A stretch of 64,000 nucleotides of DNA, taken from positions 1,828,791 to 1,892,790 of the forward strand of contig JBPOGI010000001.1 of NCBI GenBank assembly GCA_051251855.1, given 5' to 3'. The stretch is from Roseibacillus sp. Its GTDB lineage: Bacteria > Verrucomicrobiota > Verrucomicrobiia > Verrucomicrobiales > Akkermansiaceae. The notes under the pieces are model-generated. The model was not told the origin of the DNA. It did no database searches and saw nothing but the letters and a program-made list of their open reading frames with translations. Positions 19,437 to 29,669 of this stretch are shown piece by piece. Position numbers and translations under genes: made by a program. Positions within the stretch are counted from its first letter, which is position 1; the number at the start of each line of letters is the position of its first letter.

Positions 19437-20294
19437 CTAATCCCCAAAAACAATGGCGCGCGTACCATCAATGATCGCCCGGTCCTGCACATGATACCGG
19501 ATCCCCTTTGCCAACGCCGAGCGCTCGCAGTCCCTCCCTAATCGAACCATATCTAGCGCAGAGTGAGTGTGCTGAACCCGCGCCACTTCTTGCTCAATAA
19601 TTGGACCTGCATCCAAGTCCCCTGTCACATAGTGGCAGGTCGCACCAATCAACTTCACGCCCCGCTCATAAGCCTTACGATAAGGATTTGCCCCAATAAA
19701 GGCAGGCAAGAAACTGTGATGGATATTGATTACTCGTCCCTCGTACTTCTCGCACATCCACTGCGGTACAATCTGCATGAAACGCGCCAAGACCACCAAC
19801 TCCACTCCTTGCTCATCGATGAGACGCTCAATCTCTCTGAACCCAGCCTCCTTATCCTCGACCATCTCAACATAATGAAAGGGAAGTCCCTCGCGCTCAG
19901 CGAGATCACGACAATCCTCTCGATTTCCAATTACCGAAGTTACCTCAATCGGCATCTCTCCAATCCGAGTTCTCCACAGTATCTCGTTTAAACAATGATC
20001 TGTTTTCGTGACCAAAACAGCCGTCTTCATACGATAAGGAAGTCGCCGAAAATGCCACTTACCGCCCACAGCTTTCCCCATCACCTCAAAGCCCCTGATG
20101 AAGTCGTCCACCCCCACTGTCATATCTGAAGTATCAATCTCAAGGCGCGCAAAGAACCGAGAGCCTTCAGTGTCGGTAAACTGATTAAACTCCACCAAGT
20201 TACCTTTGTACTCTGCTGCATAACCCGCAATCTTGGCAACCAAGCCAGGCTGATCGGGACAATCAATTTTAAGAATAAGACCTTCTTGAGACAT
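19437..20294 (-). CDS. purU: Formyltetrahydrofolate deformylase
   Basis: ACT domain CPDQPGLVA, then LARFMQI, INIHHSFLPAFIGANPY and GVKLIGATCHYVT. Confidence 0.95.
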   Translation of the reverse strand: MSQEGLILKIDCPDQPGLVAKIAGYAAEYKGNLVEFNQFTDTEGSRFFARLEIDTSDMTVGVDDFIRGFEVMGKAVGGKWHFRRLPYRMKTAVLVTKTDHCLNEILWRTRIGEMPIEVTSVIGNREDCRDLAEREGLPFHYVEMVEDKEAGFREIERLIDEQGVELVVLARFMQIVPQWMCEKYEGRVINIHHSFLPAFIGANPYRKAYERGVKLIGATCHYVTGDLDAGPIIEQEVARVQHTHSALDMVRLGRDCERSALAKGIRYHVQDRAIIDGTRAIVFGD

Positions 20295-20520
20295 TCGAGG
20301 TGATTCTCCCCTCTTCGCCTCCATCTGCCAACGACTATTTCAAAATCCTAGCCAACTCACTCGGGTAAGCGGTTCAAAACCAGAATCGGAGGAGTTGTTT
20401 TGACAAGACAGCCCCCAATCGTAATAGAGCGGTCGAATCGCCAGCACTCAGCGGATGCGAGCGGCCAGAATAGAGACCTCCAACTTCTCGCCGACCGTTC
20501 ATCAAGTGCTCTCTATCGCA

Positions 20521-20700
20521 CTAATCCTTCTGCTCCAGAACACTCTTCCCAATCAAAATTCCTCCCACAACCGAAAGCACCGATCCAAAGCCCACTCCTA
20601 TCGCCAAGCCAACCGGACCTTCCAAGGGCCCCTCGCCAGCCAATAAAAAGACGATCATCGCCAGCAAGAGAGCCACCCCACCTGCTACGCGCTTAAACAT
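20521..20700 (-). CDS. Small two-helix membrane protein (59 aa, not in the ORF track)
   Basis: Manual translation: MFKRVAGGVALLLAMIVFLLAGEGPLEGPVGLAIGVGFGSVLSVVGGILIGKSVLEQKD*. It starts 25 nt after the secretin stop. Confidence 0.6.
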   Translation of the reverse strand: MFKRVAGGVALLLAMIVFLLAGEGPLEGPVGLAIGVGFGSVLSVVGGILIGKSVLEQKD

Positions 20701-20725
20701 ATTACCAGAATTGAGAGCCTATCGA

Positions 20726-23158
20726 CTACCGCCCTGCGGCCGCTCGCTTCTTTTTATCATAAAGCGCTTTTTGGATAGGAGACATTGGACGACGTTCAGC
20801 TCCACCAGGCGTCGTTGAACCAGTCTGGGATACACCTTGTCCACTGTTAGAAAGACGAGGAACGATACGATCAATGGCACTATTTCTTCGCGGCTCATAT
20901 TTAGGAGCACTAAATTGCTTACGAGAAGCTCCACTGATGTTGCTGCCGTAATCGTAAACTTCCTGATATTGATTCAGCTGAACCTGCCCATCTACGATCG
21001 TAGGACGAATCATAATGACCAGCTCTGAACGCGCGAAAGCATCAGAGTTTTCCTTGAAGAGCTTTCCAAGCAAAGGAATTGACCTAAGAATGGGAACTCC
21101 TGAGTCAGCTTCACTCTCGTCATCTTCGATTAATCCTCCCAACAAGACCGCCGCCCCATTTGGAACCGTCACCGTTGTCTCCAACTGATCTGAAAGAAAG
21201 TCGGGAATATCTTCATTATCGACACTACTACCCGAGCCCACGTTTTCTCGAACAATAGAAATCTCCAAGGTGATCTCTTCACTCGAATTCACAAGTGGTC
21301 TTACGAGAAGCTCGAGGCCAACATCGCGAAAATCAGTACTCACGTTACTAAAACTCGCACCTGAACTCTCCGTAGTAATCGCAATTTGCCGGCCGGAAGA
21401 GATACGAGCCTCTTTATTATTCGTCGTAAAGACAGTCGGACGGGCAAAGCTCCTGAAATTGGTGTAAGACTCGAGAGCTCTCACAAAAATCCCAAAGTCA
21501 CCAGCGATTCCCTGCGCGTTAAGACCGCCACCAAAGCTAGAGGTAGCCAGCGCACTATTATCTGCGATATTCGCAAAACTATTGATGATGTTAGGGCTAA
21601 TGAATCCAGCACCTGACAAAGTCTGAGCCGCGATCCCATTGCCTTCGAGCAACTGAGCTAGATTGATTCCAAAGGAAAGGTTGTCGACCACTCCATAGCG
21701 GGCAAAGACCGCCTCGATGGCAACTTGCTCATTCCTGACATCGAGCTCATTCAAAAGTGATTCAACCATCTCGATATGGTGAGGAGGCCCTTGGACAATG
21801 ATACTGTTAGTTACATTATCGCTCACCAAGAGAGTGCTGCCTACCAGAATACTTTCCGGCTCCGTCGGACGATCAGAACCATTCAAGGAAGCGGATCCAA
21901 TACTTCCTCCACTGCTGCTTCCTCCACCAAGCCCCGAATTCGCACGATTATTCGTGTTATTGTTTCGAGTATTATTGTTGTTGGTCCCTGTCGTTCTGTT
22001 GTTGGCACCCGCTGTCGAACGGTTGCCTCCTGCAGAAGCCCCTCCCCCAGCCGCATTCGCTCCCAAGGTGCTATTGATCGCACTTTCAGCAACCGGCATG
22101 AACTCATAAACTGGCAGGTACTTGAGCTTCCGACGTAGGAAGTTTCGGTCGCTACTCTTCACATCCCACTGCGCAATCAGCTCCTTGATGAACACGAGGT
22201 CGATAGGACGACCCATCAGGAAAATCCGGTTGGTGCGGCTATCTGGCGTGATTTGAGGCGGATTCTCTTCTCCCGCCGCACTGCTTCCAGCAGAGTTCCC
22301 AGCTAGACCTGGAATGGGGGGCGTATTAGTCGCCTGCTGACGCTGAACTCCCGCTGACTGATTCGATGAAGCCTGCGAATTAAACATCTCATTGAGCTGG
22401 TCTGCCAACTCCTGCACGTCTGCATAAACAATCTCTACCCAAGCAGTCCCCACCTGTGCGGAAGGAACGTCAATCTCTTGTTTGATCTTGAGAAGACTCT
22501 GAATCAAAGGAGCTTTCTCGGTGATAATCAAAGAAGAAGCATTCTTCACCTCAGCAATCGTGCCGCCTGGTCGAAACTGCCCATAGATTTGAGTAAATGC
22601 TCGCAACGCCTCTTCTGGCTTCAAATACTGAAACTTCATCACGTAAGTGACGACCCCGTTCTCGAGTGCGAGCTGTGAAGCATCGGTCAACACCTTCACC
22701 GGAGTAACCGTCGTAGCCGGTCCACCAGGTTGATTGACCCCCAGCATACTCACAATGTTAGGATTACGCTGAGAAGGATTCAGCTGGTAACCTTCCATCA
22801 GTAAGAATTCCTCAAGTAACTCGGCAACCTCACGATTAGTCAAGCCACCCGCCTGCACAAAAGAGAACTGCACATCTTTCACCACCGATGGGACCAACAC
22901 CCTCTTACCAGTCACTGACTGATAAAGAGAAGCCATTCCATAGCCGTCCACATTCAAGAGCTCGAGACCTCCCGGATAAAGAGCATCAGGGTCAGGCTTC
23001 TTGAGCATCTGCGTCAAGTTCTGAGGAGCAGGATCGCCTTCTTCAGGCTCGCCACCCGGGATCCCACGAACGCCAGGCAAGCCGGGAATGGGAGGAGTCT
23101 GAGCCATGGCAAAGCCCACTAGGGCAGCGCTCAGCAATAAAAATTTACAAGTAGACAT
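20726..23158 (-). CDS. gspD: Type II secretion secretin
   Basis: Signal peptide, N-domains (DSRTNRI, TNSIIVQG) and a secretin domain (NNKEARISSG, VGLELLVRP, LGGLI, GVPILRSIPLLGKLF). Confidence 0.9.
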   Translation of the reverse strand: MSTCKFLLLSAALVGFAMAQTPPIPGLPGVRGIPGGEPEEGDPAPQNLTQMLKKPDPDALYPGGLELLNVDGYGMASLYQSVTGKRVLVPSVVKDVQFSFVQAGGLTNREVAELLEEFLLMEGYQLNPSQRNPNIVSMLGVNQPGGPATTVTPVKVLTDASQLALENGVVTYVMKFQYLKPEEALRAFTQIYGQFRPGGTIAEVKNASSLIITEKAPLIQSLLKIKQEIDVPSAQVGTAWVEIVYADVQELADQLNEMFNSQASSNQSAGVQRQQATNTPPIPGLAGNSAGSSAAGEENPPQITPDSRTNRIFLMGRPIDLVFIKELIAQWDVKSSDRNFLRRKLKYLPVYEFMPVAESAINSTLGANAAGGGASAGGNRSTAGANNRTTGTNNNNTRNNNTNNRANSGLGGGSSSGGSIGSASLNGSDRPTEPESILVGSTLLVSDNVTNSIIVQGPPHHIEMVESLLNELDVRNEQVAIEAVFARYGVVDNLSFGINLAQLLEGNGIAAQTLSGAGFISPNIINSFANIADNSALATSSFGGGLNAQGIAGDFGIFVRALESYTNFRSFARPTVFTTNNKEARISSGRQIAITTESSGASFSNVSTDFRDVGLELLVRPLVNSSEEITLEISIVRENVGSGSSVDNEDIPDFLSDQLETTVTVPNGAAVLLGGLIEDDESEADSGVPILRSIPLLGKLFKENSDAFARSELVIMIRPTIVDGQVQLNQYQEVYDYGSNISGASRKQFSAPKYEPRRNSAIDRIVPRLSNSGQGVSQTGSTTPGGAERRPMSPIQKALYDKKKRAAAGR

Positions 23159-23164
23159 GATAGA

Positions 23165-23710
23165 TTATTTCTTGGGTGGGACAGGCACCCGACGGACGCG
23201 AGGCGTAGGTTTGGTTGCTTGCTTATTGGAGCTGTTAGAATTTGGCATTGGAGGCTTCTGCTTAGCAGCCTGTTGCGCTGCCGCGTTATTTTTGGCTGCC
23301 GGAGGCTGTTGCAGTGTCAGAAACTTATCTTCGTATCCGATCCACTTTTTATCGCTCCCCATCTGAATCAAAACCTCGCTCGATTTATAATTCATTGGAT
23401 CGCGTTTCACTTCCACTACTTGATACCCCCCCTTGTTCGGCATTCCAGGCGCAATCGTAATGCGCTCCTTAGGATTCTTACTGTTGATGAGACTGACCAA
23501 ATAGCCCTGCGAAGTCTGGGTCCAACCTCCGAGAACGTAATCATCGAGTTCGGTCACCTTTACCACCTCCTCTTTTTCCGGCGGTGGCGGCGGCACGGTC
23601 ACCAATGACTTCTCCCAAAGCTGACGATACTTGGTCAACGGGTCCTTACGAGGTGCCTGCGCAGAAGCCAACACGCTTCCCCCCACTAAAAGAATCAAAA
23701 CAAATTTCAT
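23165..23710 (-). CDS. Exported T2SS-associated protein (possibly GspC-like)
   Basis: N-terminal signal, Pro-rich linkers, and a 4-bp overlap with the upstream gene within the gsp operon. Confidence 0.6.
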   Translation of the reverse strand: MKFVLILLVGGSVLASAQAPRKDPLTKYRQLWEKSLVTVPPPPPEKEEVVKVTELDDYVLGGWTQTSQGYLVSLINSKNPKERITIAPGMPNKGGYQVVEVKRDPMNYKSSEVLIQMGSDKKWIGYEDKFLTLQQPPAAKNNAAAQQAAKQKPPMPNSNSSNKQATKPTPRVRRVPVPPKK

Positions 23711-24246
23711 GATTGCCCTCCTTCCGGAACGAACCACTGGTCGAGATAGATTTGACAGTCAGCACGTGTGGCATCGTCGCGCTGAGGATTCATTCGAACA
23801 AAAGTCACCACCCTAAACTCATTGGGGTTATGCAAACGGTCCAACCAACGATAAATCGAGGACTCCGTTCCATTGACTTCAATATCATATCGAGCACGGT
23901 GATAATTCAAGGTGGGGTCCACTACATCGGAGCCAAACCCCTTCTTCTTCACCGTCAGACCTGCTCTAACCGCTTCGTTCTCGGCCAATTGCTGAATGCT
24001 AGTCTTCATCTTACCCACCGAGCTGGGTTGAGGCTCAAAACGGTTCAGCCAATCCTTATCAGCGCTCACCGCATCCAGAATATTGCCCATTCCCTCATTG
24101 GCCTCGGCCTTTCTCTCTGCCCCCTCCATTGCAGCCTGCATTTCGGCCATCTTAGGGGCATACCACATTTTGTAGCCCAAGAAGTTGACGGCCACGAAGG
24201 CCATAACCACTAAAAGAATGAGAAGATTTCGTTCGCGTGAAGTCAT
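23707..24246 (-). CDS. GspM/PilO-like inner-membrane platform protein
   Basis: MTSRERNLL, a single TM helix, a coiled coil and a ferredoxin-like tail. Confidence 0.65.
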   Translation of the reverse strand: MTSRERNLLILLVVMAFVAVNFLGYKMWYAPKMAEMQAAMEGAERKAEANEGMGNILDAVSADKDWLNRFEPQPSSVGKMKTSIQQLAENEAVRAGLTVKKKGFGSDVVDPTLNYHRARYDIEVNGTESSIYRWLDRLHNPNEFRVVTFVRMNPQRDDATRADCQIYLDQWFVPEGGQS

Positions 24247-24252
24247 GTCGAT

Positions 24253-25545
24253 TTAGAGCGTTCCCACAGGTTCCGCTCTATACTCAAAGCGCCAAGTGTT
24301 CGTATTTGTCGGTGAAGGACTGTTAATACTCCAATCAAAGCCGGAGAAATAAGCGCTCTTACCCAGATTTTCTCCGAATTGCACCGCTTGCTCAGCCTTG
24401 TCACTCTCACCAATGAGAGTAATGAAGCGCTTGAGAACGGCTTGCCGCCCTTGTTGAAATTGGATTTCGTTATGCATCTCCGCGCGCTCGATCCGCAATC
24501 CCTCTTTGGGAGCGGCAAGGTAGGCATTATAGTATTGCTCAATGGGCCAGAATTCATTCTCAACCACCGGCTTAAGCTCATCCCACTTTGCGGTAAAGGT
24601 GGCCACCTCTTCCGCAACTGGATTGGAAAGTTCAGCACGCTTTTCGGCGACTTCGGTGCGCTTCTGGGCATCGAAATATTTGTAAGCCATAAAGCCCACT
24701 ACTCCCAAATAAGCCACCACTCCTGCTGCAATTGCGAGCTTAGTTTGACGTGCTTTCTGAACCGCAACCCGCTCCGCGCGAATATCAGCGGGAAGGAGCT
24801 TGCTCACCTCTTTAGGCAAGCGAGGCGCAGGCTTAGCAAGAGACTTTACCGGCAGATTAAGTAGCTCACCTAAGGCCTCAAGACTTTCACTCGAAGGAGC
24901 AATTTCTCCCTCTCCGGTCCACACTTGGCACTCAGACAACGGCTCTGGCAAAACTTGCTGCATCGAAAGCTGAGCCGTCCCGAGAGCGACCTCTCGTGCA
25001 AGCTGCTTATCAAAAAGCGCACCAGGCAAAGCCTGAAAATACACGGCCTTTCCGGCAGGATCCGAAACGGCAAAAACCCAGCGACCAAACTCACGCCAAA
25101 GAACCACCGCCTTATGAGGAAGAGGCAGACAGCGAGCCGAAACATCGAAGGCATGGGGAGACTTCTTTGGAAGCCCTCCCTCAGGTGGAGGCGAAAGCAC
25201 CACCGGCAAAAGCAGCGCCTCTTCCGCATCGCTCCGCAGCATGAAACAATCGCTCAAAGAACCGGCCGACTGATCCGCGCGCAGTCCACTACGCTCTAGA
25301 TGAAGGTCCGCCAAATCACGGAACATCTCCTTGTCTCCAGTCGCAGCCACAAATGGAGCCGCCGAAACATCACGGACGGGAAAGGCCATCGTGAGATTAC
25401 CGCCAGGCACACCATCAACAGCGAGAGCCTCCCGCTCGCCAGTTGCCTTCAGCAGAGAAAGCTCATCGCTCCCCCGCCAGACTTCCCAGCCTTCGGCCCC
25501 TGGAAACAGGAGCACTTGGTCGTTCTTTTTTCCCTTTTGACTCAC
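24253..25545 (-). CDS. GspL/PilM-PilN-like platform protein
   Basis: Cytoplasmic N-domain, a LLP motif before a single TM helix, and a periplasmic coiled coil. Lies after gspK. Confidence 0.6.
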   Translation of the reverse strand: MSQKGKKNDQVLLFPGAEGWEVWRGSDELSLLKATGEREALAVDGVPGGNLTMAFPVRDVSAAPFVAATGDKEMFRDLADLHLERSGLRADQSAGSLSDCFMLRSDAEEALLLPVVLSPPPEGGLPKKSPHAFDVSARCLPLPHKAVVLWREFGRWVFAVSDPAGKAVYFQALPGALFDKQLAREVALGTAQLSMQQVLPEPLSECQVWTGEGEIAPSSESLEALGELLNLPVKSLAKPAPRLPKEVSKLLPADIRAERVAVQKARQTKLAIAAGVVAYLGVVGFMAYKYFDAQKRTEVAEKRAELSNPVAEEVATFTAKWDELKPVVENEFWPIEQYYNAYLAAPKEGLRIERAEMHNEIQFQQGRQAVLKRFITLIGESDKAEQAVQFGENLGKSAYFSGFDWSINSPSPTNTNTWRFEYRAEPVGTL

Positions 25546-25575
25546 GTATTTACTACTTATTAAAGCTATTGGCTC

Positions 25576-26535
25576 TTACTGCACGATTTCTTCCCGACGT
25601 TCTAGCAGACTTGGGTTTCCTTCGCGATTCCTAATAATCAAGGTGACGCGCCTTTTTACGTCACCCGACCACCCCGTGCTTTCCAAGCGCGTCGTCGGGC
25701 TATTGGCAGTGATACGGTGTCCATTCTGAGCAAATTCCTCTTCGGTCATAAAAACCAACCCCTGGGGTCCAGCAGCAGCTTGCGCACTCTGAAAAGGAAC
25801 ATCATCTTCCGTTCCCCGAATATCATCTGGCCCCCGAACCGTCTCCGGAATGATGTCCGCATCCTCAACCGTAACATTGAGAACCCGAGCAAGCTTCTCT
25901 GCACTCGCCTCGTTGACATCGAGCCCACTCTGAGTCCAAATCGTGAACCAATCCTGCCAATTCGGATTTACTCGCTCCAAAAGATCCATCCCTCGGACGA
26001 ATCGCATCTCTTGTAGGTTGTAGAACGGGCGATTGAAGGGGCGATCCAAATACCCAAGATTTTCGTAATACGGCGCCTCCGCCCCATTCATTTCTTCCGT
26101 ATCTCCCGCATCCACCCAATCCACCAGGGCATCGGCAAGATCCTGAGCATCCTCCAATTCCATCCCAAAGTCGTAGAAAAGCTCTCTCAGCCATCCCTTG
26201 TCGTCAGCAATGGGATCCTGATTACTGAGCAAAAAATTGATATCAATTTTGTCGGCTTCGGATTCGATCTTACAGGTAAAACCTTCGGTCCCGCCTTCCA
26301 TGACTTGTCGTAGGATTGGGTCGTCACGCTGCACCACTGGGTTAGCACCGACCGCAATGCCCATCTCTGCCAAGTGCCGCGCCCTTGTTCCCTGCGTCAG
26401 AGAGGAAACCAAATCGCTCTCGAACTTCACCAAAGTGATCACCGAAAAGAGAGCGACCCCAAGAATCGAAAGCAGCCAAAAGACAGCCACCATCGTGGAG
26501 CCTTTTTTATTCCCTCTAGAATTCAAACTTCTCAT
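25576..26535 (-). CDS. gspK: Minor pseudopilin GspK
   Basis: KKG-STMVAVFW leader, KIDIN, ALVDWVD, GAEAPYY, EMRFVRGM and LDVNEAS. Confidence 0.85.
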   Translation of the reverse strand: MRSLNSRGNKKGSTMVAVFWLLSILGVALFSVITLVKFESDLVSSLTQGTRARHLAEMGIAVGANPVVQRDDPILRQVMEGGTEGFTCKIESEADKIDINFLLSNQDPIADDKGWLRELFYDFGMELEDAQDLADALVDWVDAGDTEEMNGAEAPYYENLGYLDRPFNRPFYNLQEMRFVRGMDLLERVNPNWQDWFTIWTQSGLDVNEASAEKLARVLNVTVEDADIIPETVRGPDDIRGTEDDVPFQSAQAAAGPQGLVFMTEEEFAQNGHRITANSPTTRLESTGWSGDVKRRVTLIIRNREGNPSLLERREEIVQ

Positions 26536-26537
26536 TT

Positions 26538-27317
26538 TCAACCTCCTCCTCCCCCACTACCAGGAGTCGTAGGAGTCGCCGTTGGTGGAGTCCCTTGACC
26601 CTGGCCTCCTCGCCCACTTCCTCCCGTATTTGCTGCTCCGTTTTGCTGTTGATTGAGACCTTGCATCAATGATGACGGATTGGCTTTAGGAGGAATCCAA
26701 AAGTAGTGCACCACTTCCTCACCATCGGGATCAAAAACGGCATTCAACTCCACTTGGAGCGGAAGTCGACTTGGAATATCCCAATCACTAATCCACTCAT
26801 TGGTGCGGATATCCAAGACACGCAACTCAAAGCGCCAGATATCACGGTAGAGAATGATCGTTCCTGCGGGCTCCTGCCCGGCATCCCCAAAACCTTCCTC
26901 ACTATCTAACAAAGACTCCTCATAATACTCAAGGACCACATTTACCCCTCCACTGGGAACAGGGACCGTCGTCAATACAATCGCCTGTGCCGAAATCGGC
27001 TGCCCCGCGAACGAGAACGAAGCCGGCGCATTTTCAATCGTCAAAGTTGGCAAAAAGCGCTGAGAAGTCTCCCTCGTCTGCAACTCAATCACCGCATTAC
27101 CAGGAAGCTGCTCAAAATTACGCCCGAGGAAGTTCAAAAAAGCCTCCCGGCGAGTCTGCATCCGCCCTTCCGTCACGATCTTGTCGGCCAAGCTCAAAGA
27201 ACCCGTCGCGATCGTAAAGATACCACCCAGCAACACAGCCGCTAAGCCCATTGCAATCACCACCTCTAACAGTAGGTAGCCTCCCCGAGGAGACCTATTG
27301 GTTGTAAAGCCGCGCAT
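26538..27317 (-). CDS. Minor pseudopilin (GspJ-like)
   Basis: Prepilin motif RGG-YLLLEVVIA. Start set at 27317. Confidence 0.75.
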   Translation of the reverse strand: MRGFTTNRSPRGGYLLLEVVIAMGLAAVLLGGIFTIATGSLSLADKIVTEGRMQTRREAFLNFLGRNFEQLPGNAVIELQTRETSQRFLPTLTIENAPASFSFAGQPISAQAIVLTTVPVPSGGVNVVLEYYEESLLDSEEGFGDAGQEPAGTIILYRDIWRFELRVLDIRTNEWISDWDIPSRLPLQVELNAVFDPDGEEVVHYFWIPPKANPSSLMQGLNQQQNGAANTGGSGRGGQGQGTPPTATPTTPGSGGGGG

Positions 27318-27717
27318 ACCTCCAAGTTTCTGTTGATTGACTTTGATACTCCCCATCCGCCCACCAGTAGGCCGAAACTTGAATCCGAAACATATTTGAG
27401 AGCACTTGCCCGTCCTGATTTTCCATCTCCAGCATCGGCTCGACGAGAGTTTCGATTTCAACTCCCAACTCATCCAACGAGACCGACTCTTTCCCTTCCT
27501 CCAGATTCGGCAAAGACATCGTCCGCCGCAATTCGCTATCTAGAATCCGCGAAAGTCGTTGGCCCCGATGAAGCTCGAAGGTGAGGTTACCGATATCATT
27601 GATGGCAACCACCATGGCGGTTCCCACCATCGCGAAAAGGGCCACAGAGATAATCACCTCCATCATCACAAAACCGCCGGCTGGAGAACGTTTAATCATA
27701 GATTTCACTCGCTTCAT
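27295..27717 (-). CDS. Minor pseudopilin (GspI-like)
   Basis: Prepilin motif GG-FVMMEVIIS. Confidence 0.75.
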   Translation of the reverse strand: MKRVKSMIKRSPAGGFVMMEVIISVALFAMVGTAMVVAINDIGNLTFELHRGQRLSRILDSELRRTMSLPNLEEGKESVSLDELGVEIETLVEPMLEMENQDGQVLSNMFRIQVSAYWWADGEYQSQSTETWRYARLYNQ

Positions 27718-28297
27718 CAGCAACTCGGGCGGTTAAGGGGTCCATTTCCAACTCGGTCCAACTCTTTTCAATCTCCATGCGAAACGAGACCGGCTCACAA
27801 AGCCCCCCCTGCTCAAAATTCCAAAAAATCACCGGATCTTCAGGCTTTTCCTGATGAAACCAAGCCTGCGGAGCAGCCCCCCAGCGACGGACAAAGAGCT
27901 CTAACCCTTCAGGGAATTCGAAGGAATCATAGTCCACAATGAGCGACTGGACCTGATTCGCCTCCTCCTCTTCTTCTACAAAAGTAGAGCCAAACTCATC
28001 ATCGAGTCCCGAGGTATCCACTGAAGTGAGTTCCGCCCCTTGGAGCAAAACTCGATTACGTTCGAAGCGCAGCCAGAACGGCTTCTGATGAAGCATCGCC
28101 ATCGTATGACCTCGGGCCGACAAAGCCTCCAACTGAACCACCGCCTTTTTCATCTTCTCCGAATTGCTGTCCGGCCTATAGGCCAAGAAAACAAAAGTCA
28201 GGAGTAATACGATGAGCCCCAAAGTCACCATCATCTCCAACAACGTGAAACCACGCTGACGCTCCCGAGAGAGGCTTGTCGAAGATGAAAGAATCAT
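27692..28297 (-). CDS. Minor pseudopilin (GspH-like)
   Basis: Prepilin motif RG-FTLLEMMV. Confidence 0.78.
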   Translation of the reverse strand: MILSSSTSLSRERQRGFTLLEMMVTLGLIVLLLTFVFLAYRPDSNSEKMKKAVVQLEALSARGHTMAMLHQKPFWLRFERNRVLLQGAELTSVDTSGLDDEFGSTFVEEEEEANQVQSLIVDYDSFEFPEGLELFVRRWGAAPQAWFHQEKPEDPVIFWNFEQGGLCEPVSFRMEIEKSWTELEMDPLTARVADEASEIYD

Positions 28298-28395
28298 AGT
28301 AAAAAAGGAGCAGGGACATTTCTGCCCCTGAAATTCAGCCTTACGCTTGCAGAGCACGCTCTACACGGTGGCCATTTGGTCAAAAACTGAGCGTC

Positions 28396-28839
28396 TTAAT
28401 CTTGGCTGCTGATATCGTCTTCGCTGCCAAAAACTCCGTCAATTCCAGCCGAAATAATCTCGGGAGAACCCGCGTCTTTGCTACCAGGATAGACATACTT
28501 CATCTCTTTCCCCCAAGGATCGAGAGGCAACTCGTCATAAAGGGAGGTCCAGCGCTTCGGCACTGGAGCCATCGAAGGCTTTGAGACTAACGCTTGAAGT
28601 CCCTGAGCCTGTGAAGGATACATTCCTCCAAGCATACGGTATTCCTTCAATTTCGTATTCACTCCCTGCACCATGGTCTCTGCCATCTTAATTTCTGCCG
28701 AAGCGCCGCCTTTTCCGATGACCGCCGCAGCAGCACCCAGAATGAGGGCAATAATTCCAATCACCACGATCATCTCCAAAAGAGTGAAACCGCGACGCTG
28801 ATTTTTAAGAGTGGGGAGATTTTTACCTGTTCCTTTCAT
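28396..28839 (-). CDS. gspG: Major pseudopilin GspG
   Basis: RG-FTLLEMIVV, YPSQAQGLQALV, DPWGKEMKY and SAGIDGVFGSEDDI. Confidence 0.92.
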   Translation of the reverse strand: MKGTGKNLPTLKNQRRGFTLLEMIVVIGIIALILGAAAAVIGKGGASAEIKMAETMVQGVNTKLKEYRMLGGMYPSQAQGLQALVSKPSMAPVPKRWTSLYDELPLDPWGKEMKYVYPGSKDAGSPEIISAGIDGVFGSEDDISSQD

Positions 28840-28960
28840 AGTGATCGATTCGTTTATGCTGTGCCAACACAGTCTACGCTGGATGAAACGCCCGCGAAAC
28901 GAAAAGTTGTCAGCAATTTTCGTCAATATGGAGCTCTAGGCTTCAGCTGAGCCATTCATA

Positions 28961-29590
28961 TTACTTGAAAAACATCTGCAACATCCCCGGCACGCAGCGC
29001 CGTGCCGCCAGAGCCCTCATTGCCTGCGAAATCGCAATTCGGTCATCCTCGCGTGCAATAATAGCCCGCTTCTTCAAAAACTTCCCTGTCAACCCCGCCG
29101 CCTGCCACTCCACCCAAGCCGCCAAAAAGCTCACTAAAGTCCCTCCCCCAATCGCCAATGAAACCGCAGGCAAGGCCCAGCGCACAAAACTTCCCACCAC
29201 CGCTGCGAAAATCACCACCAAAATCGAAAACGCCGGAAAGGCCCACGAAAATTTCAAAGCCCAATCGCGCCACTTCAACAACTCGGGCTGACTTCGAGCT
29301 AAAAGCGCCAAGCCAAACAGAAGCCCAGCCTCCGCCAAAGGCACCACCCCCTTTTCCTCCGCAACTTCCCGCGACAGAATCATCTCATCGTCAGTCAATC
29401 GTGTTCGTTTGGCAGTCTTCACCTCCATCGCCAACTTGGCGCCCTCCTTCAATGACTCCAAAAACTCCTCCGCATTCAATTGAGTCTCATTCGCTGGCAA
29501 CTTCTTAAGAACTCGCTCCCCAAACCACTTCCGCATCGCGATGCCGATAATCACCGGCAAAAGGCCCAATAAGAAAAGTGTTTTGACCAC
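28961..29590 (-). CDS. Membrane protein, degenerate putative zinc metallopeptidase homolog
   Basis: Three hydrophobic segments. The C-terminus VEWQAA...REDDRIAISQAMRALA resembles the Zn_peptidase_2 family, but there is no HExxH motif. Confidence 0.55.
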   Translation of the reverse strand: MVKTLFLLGLLPVIIGIAMRKWFGERVLKKLPANETQLNAEEFLESLKEGAKLAMEVKTAKRTRLTDDEMILSREVAEEKGVVPLAEAGLLFGLALLARSQPELLKWRDWALKFSWAFPAFSILVVIFAAVVGSFVRWALPAVSLAIGGGTLVSFLAAWVEWQAAGLTGKFLKKRAIIAREDDRIAISQAMRALAARRCVPGMLQMFFK

Positions 29591-29669
29591 AACGAAGGTT
29601 GATACGGACCTCCCCCTTCGACCAATCAAAAGAACGAAAAACGGGTCACCTCAAATAGACCTCTTCCAA

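Noticed and set aside
21900..22080. Asn/Gly/Ser low-complexity tract in the secretin
   Set aside because: Disordered inserts in the N3 domain are common in GspD, so this is not novel.
28850..28870. TGGCAC upstream of gspG as a sigma-54 promoter
   Set aside because: There is no GC at the -12 position (TGGCACAGCATAAAC).
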